This document shows, in pieces, positions 50,472 to 64,000 of a stretch of DNA of 64,000 bases; position 1 is the stretch's first letter; every line of letters begins with the position of its first letter. The notes beneath the pieces are model-generated. The model was given only the letters and a program-made list of their open reading frames with translations. It searched no databases and was not told where the DNA came from. The DNA is taken from the NCBI GenBank assembly GCA_004431415.1, contig QPMI01000027.1:1-64000 (forward strand), read 5' to 3'. The position numbers were made by a program, and so were the translations under genes. The stretch comes from Cyanophora paradoxa CCMP329. Its lineage: Eukaryota; Plantae; Glaucophyta.

Positions 50472-51529
50472 TACTAAGCGGCCGCCGGCCCGCCGGGCAC
50501 TGCTGCGGCAGTACTAGCTAGTAGTGCTACTAGGCTAGCGCTGGCACTGTCACAGTGTGCCACGGTAGTGACGGTACCGGTGCTGCCAGGCTGCGCATGC
50601 GGCACCCGCCGCCCGGTGACCGAGGCGGCACTTGCATCATCATGGCATCATACTTTTTTCCCTGCTGTTAATTTTCAGTGATTTTTCACTACGTAGTGGG
50701 CGACAGCGAATTTTCGGAAATACCGTACCGCCGGTACCGGTAGTACGGCCCCGCACCGTCACGGCGTGGGCCGTGGGCCGTGGGCCCGTGGCCCGTGGGC
50801 CCGTGCACGTGGCATCACTGGCATGCCTAGGACTCCGGGTCCGAGTCCGGGATCCGGAGGCTAGCCTAGTAGGACCGTCGGACGTACTACGGTACACGGT
50901 ATCCGGTGCCGCAGTGCACGCGTACGCCGACAGCAGCGCTAGCTGCAGACGTTGCCAAGTTGAAGCAGTTGTTGCCAAACTTGGCAAAGTTGCATGCAGC
51001 CTGTTCAACGGTTCAACGGTTGCCGCGGCGCGCGCGCGCACTGTGACACACACTGTGACACCCAAACCTGTGCCGTAATAATGCAGCAGCCGTCACACGG
51101 CGTATAAGCCCCGTACGCGTGCCAATTGCAACTTATAATTAAAGCGTGCAACTTCGAATTCGGTGCAAGCGATCATGACCTTGAAGCAGCGCTAGCTTTA
51201 GCAGCAGCTGTGCGAGAAATATATGCTGCACGCGCAGCATGCGCACTAGCACTGCAGCTATAGATACGTATACGCATTACCCAAATCCCGGCCGTACCGT
51301 CGGACTTGAACATGCACATGTGTTCCTGAGCTGCCGCTGAAATTACAATCAGTATAAGATACGTAACAGCTGCAGCCTGCAGGTCGCGTTGGTTGACATT
51401 TATATTCGATCGCGACACCACCCAGCCGCAGCAGCAGAAGTGTGCAATCTAGCCGATCGCGCGCGCACGCACACCCGCTTTAATTTCAGCTGCAGCACCC
51501 CCGCGCACTGCGGCAATTAGATTTATGTT

Positions 51530-59738
<8,209 letters not shown>

Positions 59739-60364
59739 AGAGCTAATCGATATATATCATGCATTTTCAGCTAGGAATCCTAGGATATCGTCGTCGTATC
59801 GATCCGGATCCGGAGTTCGAGGCAGGAAGGGGCCCCGGGGTTGCAATTGGCCCCCTCCCTTCGCGCCGTTGTTTTCAGCGGCTCGGCGGGGCCGGCGCCG
59901 TATACGTGTATATATTATGAACCTAAATTATGCTATTCTATTATAATTATAAGCTTGTATAGATAGATCTGTATAGATTATATGCATAGCGCTAGCGTTA
60001 TAGCTAGCTGTAAATTGCAGAGGGCTGCGTGCGCTCGAGCTCGGCAGATCTCTCGGCAGATCAGCATGCGCAGATCGATATCACTGCCACAGTGTCAGTG
60101 TCATATAGCTAGGATACTAGGCTATTCCTAAATAGCTAGTAGCTAGCCCACCGGCCCTGGAGCTCTCTAGCTGCTCATGATCATCTGGCCATGGACAGCC
60201 GCCGGATTCCGAAGTTCGTTCCGACACTCGAGCTCGAGCTCGGCTCGACACTGCGTCCCCTCCGGATCCCGCGGCCCCCTATAGCTACTTGAGCCGCCGC
60301 CCGACTTCGACTCCCCGGCCGTACGCGACCCCGGCCGACTGCGACTGGTGACCCGGCAGAAAGT

Positions 60365-60366
<2 letters not shown>

Positions 60367-60395
<29 letters not shown>
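60367..60395. repeat. Poly-C tract (about C29); a second C22-T-C7 tract lies at 60901-60930
   Basis: Directly visible homopolymers. Confidence 0.9.
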
Positions 60396-60398
<3 letters not shown>

Positions 60399-61284
60399 TC
60401 CCGCCCCCCGCCCCCGCCTCCTCTTCCGGACGAATTCGAATCCGGGCCCTTGACAGCAGAAAACGCGCGGAAAATTTAAATTAGCCCGGCCCTTAAAGCT
60501 TGCAGAAATGCTCCCCTTCCCCGCCCCCGCCATTTTGCGCCTGGGAACCCCAGCAGGCCTACCCGGGGGGCCCGTCCTCTGCGCCGCCCTAGGCATCAAC
60601 AAAAAACCAGCTAGGTCCGGATCCTCAATTCAGAGAGATCTCGCACTGCTGCGCATGCTCGAGCTCGACCAGCACCTCGACCTCAGAGCAATTTGGAGGG
60701 ACCGCTGTGCCCGTAACCATATGCATGCCTGCAGCTGGCCATATGCCGCAGTGCATGGGATCCCGGAGATCCGACGAGGCATCATATGCATGATCACCGG
60801 TACCGGCGTCGACAGGACTCATTAATATATATATATATATAAGCGTCGATATCGATATATATATATCGATTCCGTAAACGTTAACGCCCAACTTCGAATT
60901 CCCCCCCCCCCCCCCCCCCCCCTCCCCCCCGAATCTAAGCCGAGCCCCCGCCCTCCACCGGGTACCCCCGGCGGTCCCCCGCCTCAACGTTAACGGAGGG
61001 CCAGGTTTGACACCGCGTTAATTTACCGTTCTACGGTAGTACGCCGCAGTAAGTGCCCGACGGTAGCCCCCCGGCCCATGGCCAGGGACTTCGATTAAAA
61101 GAGGAAATTACACCGTTTAATTACACGCGAAAATAAAATTATACACAATCACAGGCATGCATATACATGCATCTGTGCTCAGAAATTTCGCTCAACGGTT
61201 GCCGCGGAAATTTCATTGACAAGTTGCAATCATTGGTATCAGAAATTTCGGCCTGCGCAGTGCGCATCCAGGCTGATCCAGCTA

Positions 61285-61525
61285 CTGTAAAACGAGAAAT
61301 GTCCGGCGTCACTTTATTTCGGCAAAACCCGAAAAATGCGCCGAAATTGTGGTTCGTCGGCATCATATTTTCGGCAACACAGATAGTCCGCCTAGGCGGC
61401 GGGTACGTTGATCCCTCTTCTGCCATACATCTGCACAATTCTGGCAGTTTCAAATATTCGGCGCCGCGAGGCTATGCCGAATAGCGCCGAATATTAAGTT
61501 CTGCCGGACATTTCTCGTTTTACAG
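61285..61525. mobile_element. Tc1/mariner-type MITE (241 bp)
   Basis: Perfect 23-bp TIR CTGTAAAACGAGAAATGTCCGGC / GCCGGACATTTCTCGTTTTACAG, flanked by TA on both sides. Confidence 0.92.
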
Positions 61526-62094
61526 TAGTTAGGCACTACCGACGTCTACCGTTAGTACCGTAGTTACGGCGTAAGTATACGTACTACAGTACGTATACTG
61601 TACTACTACTGTACGGTACTACGGTACTACGGTGCGCCGGCGCCCTGAGCGCCGCCCTCACGGCGGCGCCGCGGCGTTGAGCCTCGGAGCGGCATGCGCA
61701 TGCGCAGGCGCCGCCGCGCCGGCGCCCGGCGCCGGCCGCGCGCCGGCCGCGGCTCGGCGCCGGATCCGGATTCCGGACCGTCGGACCGGCGCGGCGGCCC
61801 GCCGGCGGCCGCGGGCGGCGGCGGCGGCTTTAACTCAGTTACTCAATCGGCCGTGCACGTGCCACGGTGCAATATTAACTTAGTACTATTAGCTGCGCAT
61901 GCAGATCTAGAGCTCCCGGAGTCCGATCATGATCCGATGATCATCGGATGCTCGAGCAATTCGCAAGCCGCTGAGCTGGAACTAACTAAGTTAAGCTTGA
62001 AGGCAGCGCGCAGTGTCCGTATACGTACATACAGTACTAGTATCCGTTCACGTAATCTACATCCGGTTGTGAACAAATATATATATACACGCAT

Positions 62095-63542
62095 ATGGCG
62101 AAGAAGACCGAGGACGGAGGCTGGCCCTCGGAATTCTTTGAGGAGGGCGAAGAGGAAAAGGCGGAGAAGCTGGAATTGGTATGTCCCATCTGCTTGAAAG
62201 TGATGCGAGAACCGGTGTGCACGTGTTTTGCGCTTCGAATTCGATTCTGCTCCGCTTTTAGATCTGCTGATCTGCTACATGTAATGTGTGCACATGTATA
62301 TCGCGCGCAGACAGCAATTCGGTGCACGAACGAGCATGCTCTGTGCCGCTCGTGTGCGCTCCTGCTGGTGCGGGAGACAGGCGATGGCCGCGGCCACCCG
62401 TGCAATTGGCGAGACGTCGACGAGAGCAAGTGCACGAAACGCCGGCTCAAGTGCCCGCTCGACCGCGAGTTCATCGACAGGAATCGCTTCGGGCCCGCCG
62501 CCTACCACAGTCGCCGCATCAACGAGCTTAAAGTGCAGTACGTGCACGTGGTTTGTCATACTCGACGTCGACCGCTTGTTTATATATTTCTGACCATAAG
62601 ATTGATTTCAACGCCCCCGGGGCCATAGTTGCGCTTACAAAACCCGCGGATGCGGCTGGATTGGCGAACTGGGCTCCTTTCTGTCACACGCCAGCAGCTG
62701 TAGCGTTGGGCGCGCCCGCGAACGCGCACGGTGCCCAGGCTGCGCGCAGCTTGTTCTCTCTGTCGATATGCCGGTGCGCCCCCAGGCCCATACATGCGCA
62801 TATGCGTCTGGCCATATGCATCAGGTTATTACTAAGTTAGCTATACAAGATAGTATTAAGCTTAAGGAAGCTAAAGAAATCGCCTTGACGCTCCCGACAA
62901 TTGGGGCCCACGCACAATACACTCGCGCGTGACCGTGGGACCCGACGCGACGCGCAGGCGCACGAGGAAGGTTGCCCCCTTATTCTCCATCCCTGCCCGA
63001 ACGCCAAATATGGTTGCCGCGTCTCAGTACCTCGGGCTGGCCTCGACTTGCACCTTGGTGCGAACGCGGGTCACAGCGCCTCGCGAGAACTTGAATTAAA
63101 TTGATTTTGAAATCGGACTGTGCTGGCGCCGTTTCTTAATGATCATGAAATATCAATATATGAATATTCGAACGTCGCAATTGATCTCCGCACGAACGTG
63201 CATGCAGAAACCTGCGAATGCTTGCAGAATCTCGTCGTCCGCCTGAGCAACCGAAAACGTCCGATCGCGAACCGTCCGGTGGCTCCGTCCGAAGCGTCCG
63301 GTTGACTTTCGTACGCAGGAGAGCTTGAATGCAAACGAGTGGTGCTTGGGGTCCTACTCGTTTTCCTTTACATTTCGCTCTGGAGGTACATTTTCGGAGG
63401 CGTGATTCTCCTCATCGTGCTGCTTGAGAAGGCCATTCTCGCCGCGCTATCGCAGTGGAAATATTACTTTACTTTTATCGCGTCAGTATTAGTCTTGTAC
63501 GTTGCGATCTCCTACATATATGACGAAGACTGCTATCTGTAA
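62095..63542 (+). CDS. RING finger + TRAF-type zinc fingers + C-terminal transmembrane segments (putative E3 ligase)
   Basis: CPICLKVMREP|..C.NEHALCRSC...CPLDR (RING), C....GC.W.G....L..H...C and HEEGCP...CPN..GC....R..L..HL (TRAF Zn fingers), then a hydrophobic tail ending DEDCYL-TAA. Confidence 0.8.
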
Positions 63543-64000
63543 CAGGTATATTGAATATCAGAGCGAACACATACATATGCATGTACATGCATACGTATAC
63601 TACGCAAACGTGACTAATCGGCCTTGCGGAAAGGAGAGGCCCTTAGGTCTGTTGGTATCTTGTCACAAATTTTAGAAAGCGAAATTCGTATATTTGAAGA
63701 CACCTACTACCCCATTTTTGACCCTGGGGAGCACGTTGGTGCGGCCCGTTTTCCTATGAGAGGCCTCTAATGGGCAGTAACAGCACGTCCAAAAGCACAG
63801 AAAAGCATTTTCCCGGAAAAAATAGAAAGCGCAAATCACATTGGCCTTCCAAGTCGAAATTTGAAAATTACTAGTGGCCCGGCCGCGATTTTCGCGCCGG
63901 GGGTGCAAGCGGGGAACCGGGATCTAATGAAAGAGTCCTAGTGGCACGCACATGCGCAGAGTCCTCCCCTCGGGCGTGCTCGGCTGCGGGCAGCGGCGCA

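Overview
Gene-dense, GC-rich genomic DNA from a unicellular eukaryote (alga or protist; the species cannot be identified from sequence alone). Genes are split by dozens of short introns (about 50-130 nt), so most of the supplied long ORFs are artefacts. I rebuilt the gene models by eye using GT/GC-AG junctions. Left 38 kb: an ADCY10-like cyclase/STAND/TPR gene, crooked neck (CRNKL1), an NDUFA4/B12D-like gene, a hypothetical gene, a MacroD-type macrodomain, Mpv17/PMP22, a coiled-coil protein, a stand-alone GAF protein, a DUF4062-NTPase-TPR (NPHP3/TEP1-like) gene, and ISWI. Ten consecutive genes strictly alternate strand. Right 26 kb: two tandem Na,K-ATPase-like (P2C) paralogs separated by a transposon nest (cargo-carrying hAT element, hAT MITE, Tc1/mariner MITE, probable truncated non-LTR retroelement), then a further MITE and a RING/TRAF zinc-finger gene with a membrane anchor. 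Most notable signals: (1) a roughly nucleosome-length G/C skew wave that controls synonymous codon choice and is phase-locked to splice sites; (2) an unusual splicing code, with about 30% GC donors in one gene, a GYSCGC donor consensus and G-rich acceptors; (3) P2C pumps with altered ion-binding residues, patchy homogenisation that spares the membrane helices, and reciprocal intron differences; (4) a Pack-type hAT element and an array of apparent mariner excision footprints.
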